Shown here in pieces: positions 49,240 through 60,829 of a stretch of 64,000 nucleotides of DNA. Both the position numbers and the translations under genes were made by a program. The stretch is taken from positions 46,500,001 through 46,564,000 of the forward strand of contig NC_135899.1 of NCBI RefSeq assembly GCF_964194155.1, written 5' to 3'. How positions within the stretch are numbered: the first letter of the stretch is position 1; the number at the start of each line of letters is the position of its first letter. The notes beneath the pieces are model-generated. The model searched no databases. It saw nothing but the letters and a program-made list of their open reading frames with translations, and was not told the origin of the DNA. The DNA comes from Cetorhinus maximus. Taxonomy: Eukaryota.

Positions 49240-50183
49240 CAGGAAGAATTAGAAAGGAGCATATTATCTAAATGGTGAGAGATTGCAGAGCTCTGAGGTA
49301 CCGTGGGATCTGGCGCATGATCACAAGGCTAGTATGCAGGTACAGCAAGTAATTAAGAAAGCTAATACAAGGTCATCATTTATTGTGAGGGGAATTGATT
49401 ACAAAATAGGGAGATTATGGTGAAAGCAAGATATTACAGATGCAGGAATTCTGAAATTAAAACAGAAGATGCTGGAAAACCTCAGCAGGTCTGGCAGCAT
49501 CTGTGGAGAGAGAAACAGAGTTAATGTTCCGAGTCCATATGGCTCTTTTTCAGAGCTGAAGAGACTTCAGAGTTTTTCCAGCATTTTCTGCTTTATTAGG
49601 GAGATTATGCTTCAGTTATACAGGGCACTGTTGTGACCACACCTGGAGCATTGGGTACAGTACCGGTCTCCTTATTTAAAGAAAGTGTAAATGTGTTCGA
49701 AGTAGTTCAGGGAAGGTTTACTAGACTAATACCATAAATGGGCAGGTTGCCCTATGAGGAAAGGCTGGACAGGTTAGGTTGTATCCACTGGAATTTAGAA
49801 GAGTTAGAGACGACTGAATTGAAACCTTTAAGATTCTGAGGGGTCTTGTCAGGGTGGATGTGAAGAGGATGATTCCTCTTGCGGGAGAATCTAGTAGGGG
49901 TCGCTCATTTAAGACAGAGATGAGTAGAATTTTTTCCCTCAGAGGATTGTGAGTCTTTAATTAGAACTCTCTTCCTCAAGAGGCTGAGGAAGCAGAGTCT
50001 TTGAATATTTTTTAAGGCAGAGCTAGATAGATTCTTGATTAACAAGTGGGTGAAAGGTTATCAGGGGTAGGCAGGAATGTGGGGTTGAGGTTACATTCAG
50101 ATCAGCCATAATTTCATTAAATGGTGGAGCAGACTTGAGGGTCTGAGTGGCCTATTCCTGCTCCTAATTCGTATGCATGTATG
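49240..50183 (+). mobile_element. CR1/HER1-like LINE 3' part, inserted in a 3' stub of the tRNA-headed LINE (49125-49239 and 50184-50312)
   Basis: Colinear with 27830-28609; the stub sequence resumes on the other side. Confidence 0.85.
49420..49596 (-). mobile_element. Penelope pseudo-LTR with short inverted arm
   Basis: 13-bp TSD tagggagattatg at 49407-49419 and 49597-49609; degenerate hammerhead at ~49519-49557. Confidence 0.85.
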
Positions 50184-50782
50184 TAAGGTACAGCAATATA
50201 CTTTCAAGTCAGGATGACGTGTGGTGTGGAGGGAAACTTGCAGGTAGTAGTGTTCCCATGCATCTGCTATCCTTGTCCTTCTGGTTGGTAGAGGTCGTGG
50301 GTTTGGAAGATGCGGTCGTGTATTGTTTATCACAGTCCACTGCAATGTCTATGCAAAAACAACAATCAAAGAATGCTTGAAGACACAGAATCTGGCATTA
50401 AGATAGTGGGGGTGGGGGGAACAAATGAACAACAGTTAGATTTGCAGATAACAAAGCACTTGTAGCAAGCACGGAAGGTGGTTCACAAGAACCTGTAGAT
50501 AGACTAGCAACAGCAGGCATGGAATTGGACTGAAAATGAACATTCACAAAGCCAATGTTATGCATATCTCAAAAATATCCACAAACTCATAGAAGGAAAA
50601 GAACTTGAACAGGTGCAAGAATTCAGGTAGTTAGGAAGCATAACATCTACAGGTGAATGGTGCAACAAAGAAATAAGAACAAGGATAGCGATGGGAAAGG
50701 CGATTTGGTAAGAAGAAATGGTTGCTAACCAGAAATCTGAATAAACACATTATTTATAAGCTAAAAATAAATGAAACACAAT

Positions 50783-51491
50783 GGGCAGAATTTTTCCATC
50801 GGCGAGCTGGGGGCGGAGCCTGCTCGCCGACGTGAAAATGACGCAGGATGACGTTGGGAGGAACCCCCGACGTCATCCCGCCCCATTTAAATATTCAGGA
50901 AGGCGGGGACACAACGCAATCAGCTGTCTGCCCACCAACCTGTCAATGGCCAATTGAGGCCATTGACAGGGTAGTTAACTCAATTAAAGGACCTGCCCGT
51001 CCAACCTTAAGGCTGGCGGGCAGGCCAGGAGCCCCAGCGGCAACTAGAAAAAACATGAAACCTCATCCACCGGCGGGATGAGATTTCATGTCGGTTTTAA
51101 AAAACTTTATTTAAGTTTCTGTGATGTTTATTAACATGTCTCATCTCGTGTGACATTGTCACATGAGGGGGACATGTTAATAGTTTTTTTATTTTTCTAT
51201 TTTTAAACTTTCAAACACTTTCAGCGCTCTCCCTGAGGCAGCACTTAGTCTTAGGGAGATGTGCAATGTTTCGTGCGCATGCGCAAAAGAGCACACTCTC
51301 ACAGTTGGGGAAACCCCTCCCGCCCACACAGGAAGTGCATAGCGCTTCTTGTCGGGCGTCACGCTGGGTGGGCTTTAATTGGCCCGCTGACTCAAAATGG
51401 CAGCAGGGCTCATTTTGGCGGCAGTGATCAGTTGCCCGCCCGCCGCCGAGCCGGTGGGGCCCGCCCGCCCATCAAGGGCAAAATTCTGCCC
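50783..51491. mobile_element. Harbinger-type MITE, family A
   Basis: Perfect 12-bp TIR gggcagaatttt / aaaattctgccc, TSD AAT. Confidence 0.92.
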
Positions 51492-52272
51492 AATGTATGT
51501 AAATCTTCTACATTCCCAGTGATGTGGCAAAGAATGAAAGAGAACAGGTTTTGTTTCTCCTGATTGCTTTATAAACAAGCCATGATCGCACTCCCATTCA
51601 CAGTAAGCTGGCTCCGATCTGGGCTCCAGTCACATTCACATGGTTCAGCACAGTATGGAGGAAGCATATCTACTGATAACAAGCCAGATTTTATGCTGAT
51701 CAGGATGTTACCTCCTCCTGATCGCGGACACTTGTCCTGTTACTGGATCACTTCTTAGTCTTGGCCCTCTACTTTCTTTGAACGCTTTAGTGAGCCCCGG
51801 GAGATCCAGAATGAAGTGGTGGTGATTGGGCACTGCTCTCCAGGCTGGAGCCATGTGAGATGTGTGAGTGAGAGTGCAAGTGGCTGTGGGCTGCTCATCC
51901 ACTGGTGCCATTGCTGCCATGGAACATGCAGAGCCCCAGGTGGAAGAAGCCAAATGTCAGCCACAACATATACATCAAGCACTTCTGATTTGGCTTGCAG
52001 TCCATCTTGCCTCAATCTGATAGCAAGCAGGCAGCCAGCAGAAGAACCAACAGCGCAAACTAAAACCTAAGCTGCAAGTTCCTGAGAATGGGGAAACAGT
52101 CCTTTTATTGTCCCCGCAGTCAATATCTATGCAGACGGTTACAAAATAGCATTTGCACTCGGTGCTCAATGACTTAATAATGGCTACATAGTACAAGGAA
52201 TAAATGGGTACTATTTTGTTAACTAAGTTATTTGAAAATACTTAGAATGGGGTATGGGTGTAAATTATAGAG

Positions 52273-53239
52273 CAGTGCTCCCAAATTATTTTCAATTGTG
52301 ACCCCATTTTGACACCTGAAAATTAATGTGACCCCAGAAATCAGAAAAAACAAGACAGCAATAAAACAGCAGAGTAACATTCAGTATATAATTATTTAAG
52401 TCTGTGCATTATAAATTAACATCATATAAATATGAAAATCTGTGATTAAAGCACTTTGTAAACATGGTATTATTTTATGAACTCATATAGATTTCAGCCA
52501 ATACCTCCATATTCCCTGGCGGCAGAAGACTCAGTGAAGCCCCTCTCTGCCCTACCCCCACGGACACATTGTAATCAGCCTCTCTCCCCCGACCACACTG
52601 ACACACATACACAAATATACATACAAATAGTATGCCCCCACATACCAACCCCTCTTCCCAACCCCCACCCCCTCTACACTCACTCAGCAGCCCCTCTTCC
52701 CAACTCCCCTTTTGTCCACACAAACTGACCAACCTCTCGACTCAACACCCCTCTCCCCAACTCATTCACTCGCTAGCCCCTCTCCCCTCCCTCCTTTTGG
52801 TCTAGCTGCCAGTATCTGTGAAGTAGAGTCTCTATCCTGGAGTAAGGAGCCCACACAATAGGCAGACAGGATCAGAAACACAGTAAGGTTTGAAACTGCC
52901 ACTCACCTTGCTGGCTCGGCTACATGATGCCCCAGCTTTTCCCACAATCAGGCAGTGCCTGAGTTACATTTGCTGACCTCTAGCTGCACCAAGTCAGTGC
53001 ACATACATCTTGGGCCCACTCAAACTCACTGCTAGAAGTTTTCTGAAGTTAAAAGAGCACTTTGGGCTCACTGTCCACCTTGTACTGTCTAGCGGAACTG
53101 ATCCAGTGGATTCAGGGCTGTCCTGGCAGAGCCGCCGGGCTGAGTTCTCTCCTCTCTACAGTCACCATGTTGCTCAGAGGAGGGGCAGATCGTGACCCCA
53201 AGTGTGACCTCTGAGACCACATCAGTTTGGAAACTTCTG
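52273..53239. mobile_element. hAT (Charlie-like) non-autonomous element
   Basis: TIR cagtgctcccaaa / tttggaaacttctg; 8-bp flanks ttatagag / ttataggc; subterminal gtgacccc repeats. Confidence 0.75.
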
Positions 53240-53741
53240 TTATAGGCAGTAGCAAGGAAGAGTGGGATGGGCTCTGATCTCTCCTGGTTTAATTTTTTTT
53301 TGGCCTTGTCCACATGGTGTCATGTTATAACTATCCATGATATGTCTTCCTACAAATCTTCGATGCACAACATTTTTCATTGAGTGAGGGTGAAATTATT
53401 GTGTGACTAGTTTACATAGACAGTTTCCATTATAAATGCGGCCATAAGAATTTCAAATGGACGTATAGGTATTAGGCGAATATGTACTGTTACAATGGGA
53501 AATGAATTATATCAGCATATCCTAATTCAAATATTCCCCTCCCTCTAATCCAATTTCACTTGCAGATGATGAGAGTCAACTGTAACCAAACTGATCTCAT
53601 AGGAAACTGATGTGATCAGATCAGCCACCAATTTACAGACTTACTGACTGAAACCAATAGGACATAACATCAAGTACAGCAGGCAGCCAATCTGAGCATG
53701 TCAGTTTCCCACTGGGTGGGTTAGGTAAAAGCTGCCCCTTG

Positions 53742-54097
53742 ACCGCTGTGGCTCAGTGGTAGCACTTTGCCCTCTGAGTCAGAAGGCTGTGGGTTGAAGT
53801 TCTACTCCAGTGAGCTGAACACAGTGCTGTACTTTCGGAGGTGTTGCTTTGGATAAAATTTTAAGCACAGTCCCCCTCTGCCCTCTGGGTGGATGTAAAA
53901 GATCACAAGGTACCATTGGAAGAAACACATGATCCCAGCCAATATTCAACCAATTTTTATTTCATTGCTGTTTGTGGAACCTTGCTGTGCACAAATTAAC
54001 TACTTTGGAACAGTGAATACACTTCAGCGGCTGTATCAAGCTTCATGATGTCCTGAGGTTGTGAAATATACTATGTAAATGTATGTTCTTTCTTTTT
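53742..54097 (+). mobile_element. tRNA-derived DeuSINE (SacSINE1-like)
   Basis: A box tggctcagtgg, B-box-like ggttgaagttc, Deu domain ggtggatgtaaaagatc..ccttgctgtgcacaaatt, tail ttctttcttttt. Confidence 0.8.
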
Positions 54098-55734
54098 ACA
54101 TTTTTGCAGAACTACTTGAGGTGGATTTTGATTTTGTACAATAATATAAAATGTAAACGAACATTTGGGGTGGGGGGGCGTGTGGGGGTGGGGGTGATGT
54201 AAAACGGTCTTCTGACTTGCTTTCAACAGTTTTATCTCACAAAGTCAAGATGTAGCCCATTGTGTGCAATGCCATAGAGATTGACATTCCAGACAAAGGG
54301 TTAAGTCCTACTGAAAGGAGCATACATACCAGTAAGAAGAAAGCAAGTTTGTGTAAGACTAAGACAATGAGCAAAAACTGCCCTTTCTTCTTAATACCTC
54401 ATTAGATCCGTATAACCACTTGATAGCCTGATTTTCCAATTTGGTTTCCCTGGTCCTTAATATGTTGTCTGCACATACCGCAGTTAGAACTGCTTAACAC
54501 TCCCACGCTTAGAGTACCAGTGGGCCAACAGTGCTAACATATTACTGTGCAAGTCTATTAATCTTTTTATTAGCATATAATGAGATTCGTGACACTAACC
54601 TCTCTATAAAGCAGCTGATAAGAGGCAGTTAAAAGCTCTGCTTTGCTTTACTTGTCTCACAGCTTGCTGGTTGGCCGTTTAAAATTCCTATTTATTTCAT
54701 TAAGTTTTCTATTTATAGCAACTTTCTACTTAGCACCTAGAAATAAACTTAAAACCAGTAATAGCTGTCGAGCTTTGGAGCGGTTTGCTGAAACATTAAC
54801 TGAGAATGATGCATTCCTCCAATAGTGTGTCACAGTGTTCAGAGCAATCAAATAAAATGTCTTCTCAGGTCCACGGTCACTGCTCGACCACTCCGCTGGT
54901 GCGGTGCAATTTGTTCTGTCCAGTCAACCAAGAAATTTCCTCTCATGAATCCTCTTTTTTTGCTGTTTAAATGCCGGGTTCTCAAAACTTATTTGGTTGA
55001 AGTACCCTTTTCAAATGGATTAGTAATCATGGACACCCATTTAAATTATGCGGCTACTCATAATATTAAACTGTTGCATGCAAAGAGTGTTTTAATAACG
55101 CTTTTACAAAAACGTATTTACAGATTACCTACAGATATAGTGATCTTCATGCCACTCTCACTGCTCCCCCATGCGCACTATCCTCCAGGATAAAACATTT
55201 TATTAGCAGATAATGAGATTTGCGACACTAATCTCTCTGTAGAGCAGTCTGTGCTGCACATATGGCAACCACACTACTTCCCAGTTGACACCAGGTTCCT
55301 CTCTGGCTACCCAAGCTGCCCTCCTTGGGAAGCACTTTCATGTCATTTCCCTCTATGGATCACTAGGGGTCTGCAGATCTCAGTTTCAGAATGATAGTTC
55401 TAATCCCTTCCAGTTTTATATTTTCCCGTCCTTCTCTTTTGTCCCTCTTGATTTCTGGAAATTTTATTGCATTTGTGTAAAGTACACTTATTTTCATTCT
55501 TTGCATTTTTTATTTTATTGCTTTTTGCCTCTTCAGTTTTTGTTGCTGTCTCTTTACCTGTGCAGAATCGTATACTGTCTATGTTGCTTGATCAGCATAA
55601 ATACTTTCACATTTCCACTAATGCCTGCCATTTCCTGAATGTTTAAAACTTTATTTTTGCACTTTTTACCATTTTCTGAAGAAATTTCACTAAGAGAGAC
55701 TCAATTTGTCAGTTTGTCTGTCTAAATTAATCCA

Positions 55735-56855
55735 ATTACAACCATTGGTTTAGTGGCAGGACACTATGATAGGATAAGAGCCACACATCCAAGTTTGCCA
55801 ATGACACGTGGATAGGCAGCATTGGAAGCAGTGTGGATGGAAGCATAAAATTAAAAAGAGATATTGATAGATTAAGTGAATAGACAAAACTGTGAGGATC
55901 TAAAAGGATAGAACAGGACAGTTTCTAAGTTGTGAAAGGTTAGAGGCAGTGGAGGTCCAAAGAAACTTAGGAGTCTGTGTTTCCAAATCATTAAAATGTA
56001 ATGGACAGGTACAGAAAATAACCAAAAAGGCTAATGAAATGCTGGCTTTTATATCTAGAAGATGAGAGTGTAAGGGTGAAAATCATGCTAGCACTAGGTA
56101 AACCTTTGGTTAGGCCACAATTGGAGTTACTGTGAGCAGTTCTGGGCATCACACCTAGGAAATGATATATTTGCCTTGGAAGGATCAAGTGCAGTGTAGA
56201 TTTACCAGAATGATACCTAGACTTCAAGAGTTAAATTACATGTAGAGATTATACAAACTGGGATTGTATTCCCTGAAATTTAGAAGATAAGGGGTCACTG
56301 ACCTTTAGATGCTGACTGATTGGAGGGATGTTGGAAGAAGTGAAAAGAAACAGAAAGCTCAGCTTGCCGGGAAGTGGGCCCAGAAAAAACTCGAGGTCAG
56401 TGTATCCTGCACCTCCTCAGCTCAGTGTCTTCCTCTGCAGTGATTGTGGCAGAGATTACAATGCTAGACTGGGCCACACCAACCATCATCTCATGAGCCA
56501 GAGACTGCCAAATGCAAAGGGGTAGTTGAATTGAAGTTTTCAAGATAGTATGTAAAACTGTGGATATAAATAAACTATTTCCAATGATTGGGGAATCTAG
56601 GGAACATAGCCTAAAAGTTAGCTTTTTAGAAGTGAAGTTAGGAAACTTCTATCAAAGGGTGATAGAAGTTTGGAACTTTCTTCCATAAATGACGGTTGAT
56701 GTTGGGTCAATTGTTTATTTTATTTGTGTTAATAAAACTATTAAGTTGTATGGGACAAAGGTCAGTATATTGAGTTAGGTTGCAGATCACTCATGATCTC
56801 AATGAATGGTGGGGTAGACTCAAGGGGCTGGATGGCCTTCTCCTGTTCCTAGGTT
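55735..56855 (+). mobile_element. CR1/HER1-like LINE 3' part with an RTE 3' fragment inserted (~56298-56523)
   Basis: SKFANDT..RDIDRLSE..LVRPQLE motifs; CR1 3' UTR; FLCSDCGRDYNARLGHTNH is an RTE-type C-terminal Zn motif. Confidence 0.8.
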
Positions 56856-56869
56856 TCTAGAACCCTGCC

Positions 56870-57240
56870 ATTAGCACCTCTCTCACTGCCAAATTTCACA
56901 ATTGTCTTGTTGCTGCTGGATCCCTGCACCTGCCTCACTTATAATCACATCCTCCTATCCCTGACCATGGACAAAATTATTAGTATTTAAAATTAAAGTA
57001 TTTAACCTAAGAAGTGTGACTGCCTCCTAGAGCAGGTATAGTATCCAGGTAGCTTTCTATCTCCTTGATGCATTGCAGTGTCCAAAGCTCAGCTCTAGCT
57101 CATCTACTCTGAGCTGAAATTTCTCGAGCTGCAGATACTTACTGCAGATGTGGTTGCTATGGGTCACACTGGTGTCCACCAGTCCCACATGCTATAGCTG
57201 CAACACATCACCTATCCTGCTCTGCTATCTCTATCGTATT
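56870..57240 (-). mobile_element. CR1 ORF1 fragment
   Basis: Similar to 3950-4160 (CSKYLQLEKFQLRV..LE). Confidence 0.65.
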
Positions 57241-57458
57241 TTGTTTAACTAATTAGGGTTTCAAATTTTGAAATATCATTCAACAATTATTTGTAGTTAT
57301 ATTGTAGTTATATTAAATAGTTTAACTATTAAGTTATAAATTTTAATGCAGTACTTTGTAAAATGGACTGAAGTAATTGAAATGACGATATAACTGATCA
57401 ATTTTCAGCTACACGTTATAGGTATGTCTGTTATGCTGTGAAAATGTACGTAAAACAT

Positions 57459-58572
57459 TGTGACATTAACTCGAATTGGCTACTATTAACTTTGCTAGCT
57501 TGAACTTTGTGGAAGGGTTAAGTGAGTGAATACTAGTGATGGTCAATGCATCTGTGAAGGCAAGCATGTATTCTTAAGGTGGGATAAAGGTAATGAACTG
57601 ACCAATAAGCATGTAATTATAAGGGGTCAAGGTTAGCAATACCTATGTTTATCAAGATACTCAGAAAAAATCTCATTAAGGAAATCTTGAAACTTTTTCT
57701 GGTTTAATGAGGTCATCATTGTGATCAGGGGAGTGAGGACCTTGAAACAGTGTGAAGACACACCAGTGCGATGTTTGGAAGTTTTGTAATAGTCAAAAGG
57801 GGCATTTTAAAACTGTTCATAGGGACTCTGTCCATGAGAGGTGACTTCACCTTTGACCACTCACCGAGCTGACCGTGCAGAGTAACCAGTCCCTGATCAC
57901 CACATGTTTTGAACACATATATAGGAGTTAAGAAAAGTGCACCTTTCCTTTGTTCCTCGCTGTAAGTCAATAGTTCAGAAGTTACTTCTTTTCTCCTGGA
58001 CATCTGATCAATGTTCCAGGTGTGAATAGAAACTAAAGTATTGTGAGTATCGTTCACGGTATGTGTAATCCTTTAATCTACTGGTTGAGTTAAAGACAGA
58101 AGGTCTGGGTGAAAGAGACAAATAGTTTTTTTTGTGGATTGAAGTAAAGAGATAAAGAGACTGAGGGGAAAGGCTGAGGACCGTGAGAAAGATTCATCTT
58201 TGTGGGTATCGACCAGATAACTCAATTTGTGAACCTTTGATATCATATTTAAAGTAAGACAGGGAGCTGGATGAAAGAGGCCAGTTGTCCTGTAGTTTAA
58301 AAGGTGAAACATGAACTTGATTGGGAGGATTCAGCTTCAGTGGGGTATCTATAAAACGAGAACACAATTGAATGGAAAGAAATTAAGTTTGTAAGTTTTG
58401 TTTTTCATTGATGGGTATCTGCCTGTTCATCAGTTATCAGTATTCAGATCCTTGTGATTTTGAAACATAGTTCAAGAAAATTAGTTCAAAAATGTTATAA
58501 ACCTATACCTTTGAAAGCATTATTTTTTTATTCTATTTAAGTCTGAATGCTCATAATAGTTTAAGTGTTACA
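57459..58572. mobile_element. Possible solo LTR
   Basis: Ends tgtgaca...tgttaca; lies between two pieces of a CR1 5' region; no TSD seen. Confidence 0.45.
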
Positions 58573-59014
58573 CTTATATCTCCCTGGTGCTAGTTAAAAT
58601 TGCTGCCACAGTTCAAAGAAAGAAAGGTGTAAAACTCACCAACCAAGCGCTTCCCTGTTCACCTAATTAATAACTCTAGACGTCAGCTGTCATGTTTCAC
58701 AGCCTCTCACTCTCTCTCCCTCTTTCTCAGAGCACTCCTTATCTTTTAAGGGACTAGAACAGTAGTTCTCCCACATTCACCAAATTCTTGAGCTAAGGGC
58801 TGTCAAAGCTGTAGCTCATTCAGCTGGCCTCTGTGCTTTGTACTCCATGCATTAGCAAAAGCCTCCTGTTATTATATTTGTGTAAGAAATTGGGGCCTTT
58901 AATAAGTGGGTATTTTCTGCATTTTATGGGATTAGCTAAGCAGCATCAATTCTTTCTCTGGAAAGAGGATTTCTAAAGACTTTGACCTCTAAACAGTCTT
59001 AGTTCAGGCTGCCA

Positions 59015-59622
59015 TGTTGACATCCCTAAGCTGTTAGGATGGCATCTGGTGCACCCGCTTATCTATGCAATTGTTTAGAAAGGACTAGGATATGACCCTC
59101 AGCAAATGTCAATTAAAAAGTTGACTTCGAGCAGGGTGGCGAACAGGGGGGAGCTGGTAACCACCTTGACAGTGTGGGTACCTGTCCTGTATCCACTGGT
59201 CAACAGGGTGTAGATAGATGAATTTCACTGGGCAAGCTACCAGCCCCCAGAAATAGGGTATATCAAGGGAGGGGAAAAGAAGAGCCAATGCCTAAGAGGA
59301 GACCAAGAGCCTCCTGACGTCTCAACCGACCCGAAGGAAAGACAAATAAAGAAAGATAGGAAGGCTGCTGTCCATAATCAGTGAAGGCCTGTGACCCCCA
59401 CCACCTTGGGCTGCAGAGATCAGCTTCATTTGTTTGTCTGTCCCCTGGGACTGGTAAACTGCTATCGACTGTCACGGGTCACATAGTTGTTCTATCTAAT
59501 TAGTTAATGCATTATATCTAAACTGTTGCTTTTTAATAAACTTAATAAACCATCCTAAAATTACTTATGTCTAGTTGACTGCCTATTTAGGTACCTGGCT
59601 TCCAAACCTGGGAAATCTTACA
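59015..59622 (+). mobile_element. Possible solo LTR
   Basis: TGT...TTACA ends, double AATAAA at ~59535-59549; no TSD seen. Confidence 0.4.
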
Positions 59623-59921
59623 TTTGTGAGAATTCTAAAGAGCTGAGGCAGCCTATAAAAACCCCCTTTAATAGTCACCGAATTAACTGTGCAGCTGCCA
59701 GTAGCAGTCAATTAGTTTCCTACTGTCTAACACTGTGAAAGAAACTACAAGTTAAAGTTCAAATTAAATGCTAAATGAAAAACTTGATAAGATTTTAGAA
59801 AGAGATCAACCCTCAAAGCACTTAGAATTCCTTCACTCTTAAAACCCTGAGAATTCTGTCAAAGCTGTACTCAGTCGAGTTGGCTTCCATGTTACTTATT
59901 CCTATGGTGAAGAAACACCAT

Positions 59922-60745
59922 GGCCTGAATTTTCTGGTCAGTGTGCGAGGGTTGGGCCCCGCTCGCCGACACATAAAATGACGCATGGTGACATCGGGCG
60001 TGTGTCCCGACGTCACCGTGGGTCATTCAGATCTTCAGTTTGGCGGACGCGCACTGGAGTCGGCTGTCAAAGGCCTATTAAGGCCATTTAAATATCAATT
60101 AAAACAATTAACAGGGCTGCCCATCCAACCTTAAGGTTGGCGGGCAGGCGAAGAGCCCAGGCGGCCTTCGCATTTATCATGGAACCTCATCCACGGGCGG
60201 GATGAGGTTTCATGAAGGCTTTAAAAATTGAATAAAATTTTTTATTAAAATTCATTGACACTGTCACATGAGGGGACATGTCTGAATATTTTTTTAAATT
60301 TTAATTCTTCATAATCAAACCAATCTCCTTGAGGCAGCTCTGTACCTCAGGGAGATTTCTGAGCTATTTTGCCCACATGCGCGAAAGAGCACAGGCCCCG
60401 ACTCTCCCTCCTCCCCCCGCCCCCACAGGGAACGCTCAGCACATAAAATGGCGGTGTGCTGCCGATCACGGACAGCAACAAGCAAATAAGTAAAATAAAA
60501 TAAAAATACAACTGGCTAGTATCGGTGGCACATTCATCGGAGCGCCAACTAAACTACAAGATCCCTATTTAACCCAAAAGCTGGAAATAAAAGAAACGAT
60601 AACTTTGAAAATTTCCATGAGCCGACTCTTTACATTGGCACTATTACTACACCCTGAGTGAAACCAGCTGCGATCACGGACGGTGATTGGCTGCGTGCCC
60701 ACTCCCGCTCCCGCTCAGCACCCCCGACGGGGAGAAAATTCTCCC
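59922..60745. mobile_element. Harbinger-type MITE, family A, carrying a 197-bp insertion
   Basis: TIR-like ggcctgaatttt / aaaattctccc, TSD CAT. Confidence 0.85.
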
Positions 60746-60829
60746 CATTTCTCAGTCTCACACTCAACCTTCAGCTCAGAAACTGACACTTTAGTTGATA
60801 GCTTAAAGGCAGCATATGTATGAGTGGAC

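Larger units (their letters stand above)
48483..50749. mobile_element. RTE-clade LINE with inverted 5' part (48483-48966 on -; 48970-49113 and 50313-50749 on +), with nested insertions
   Basis: Minus: WSVVLYIGEIW..EMWVWRRMERINW and a (GAT)n tail. Plus: RVDW..VRQG / VRFAD..LEQVQEFR*LGS..EIRTRIAMGKA. Confidence 0.85.
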
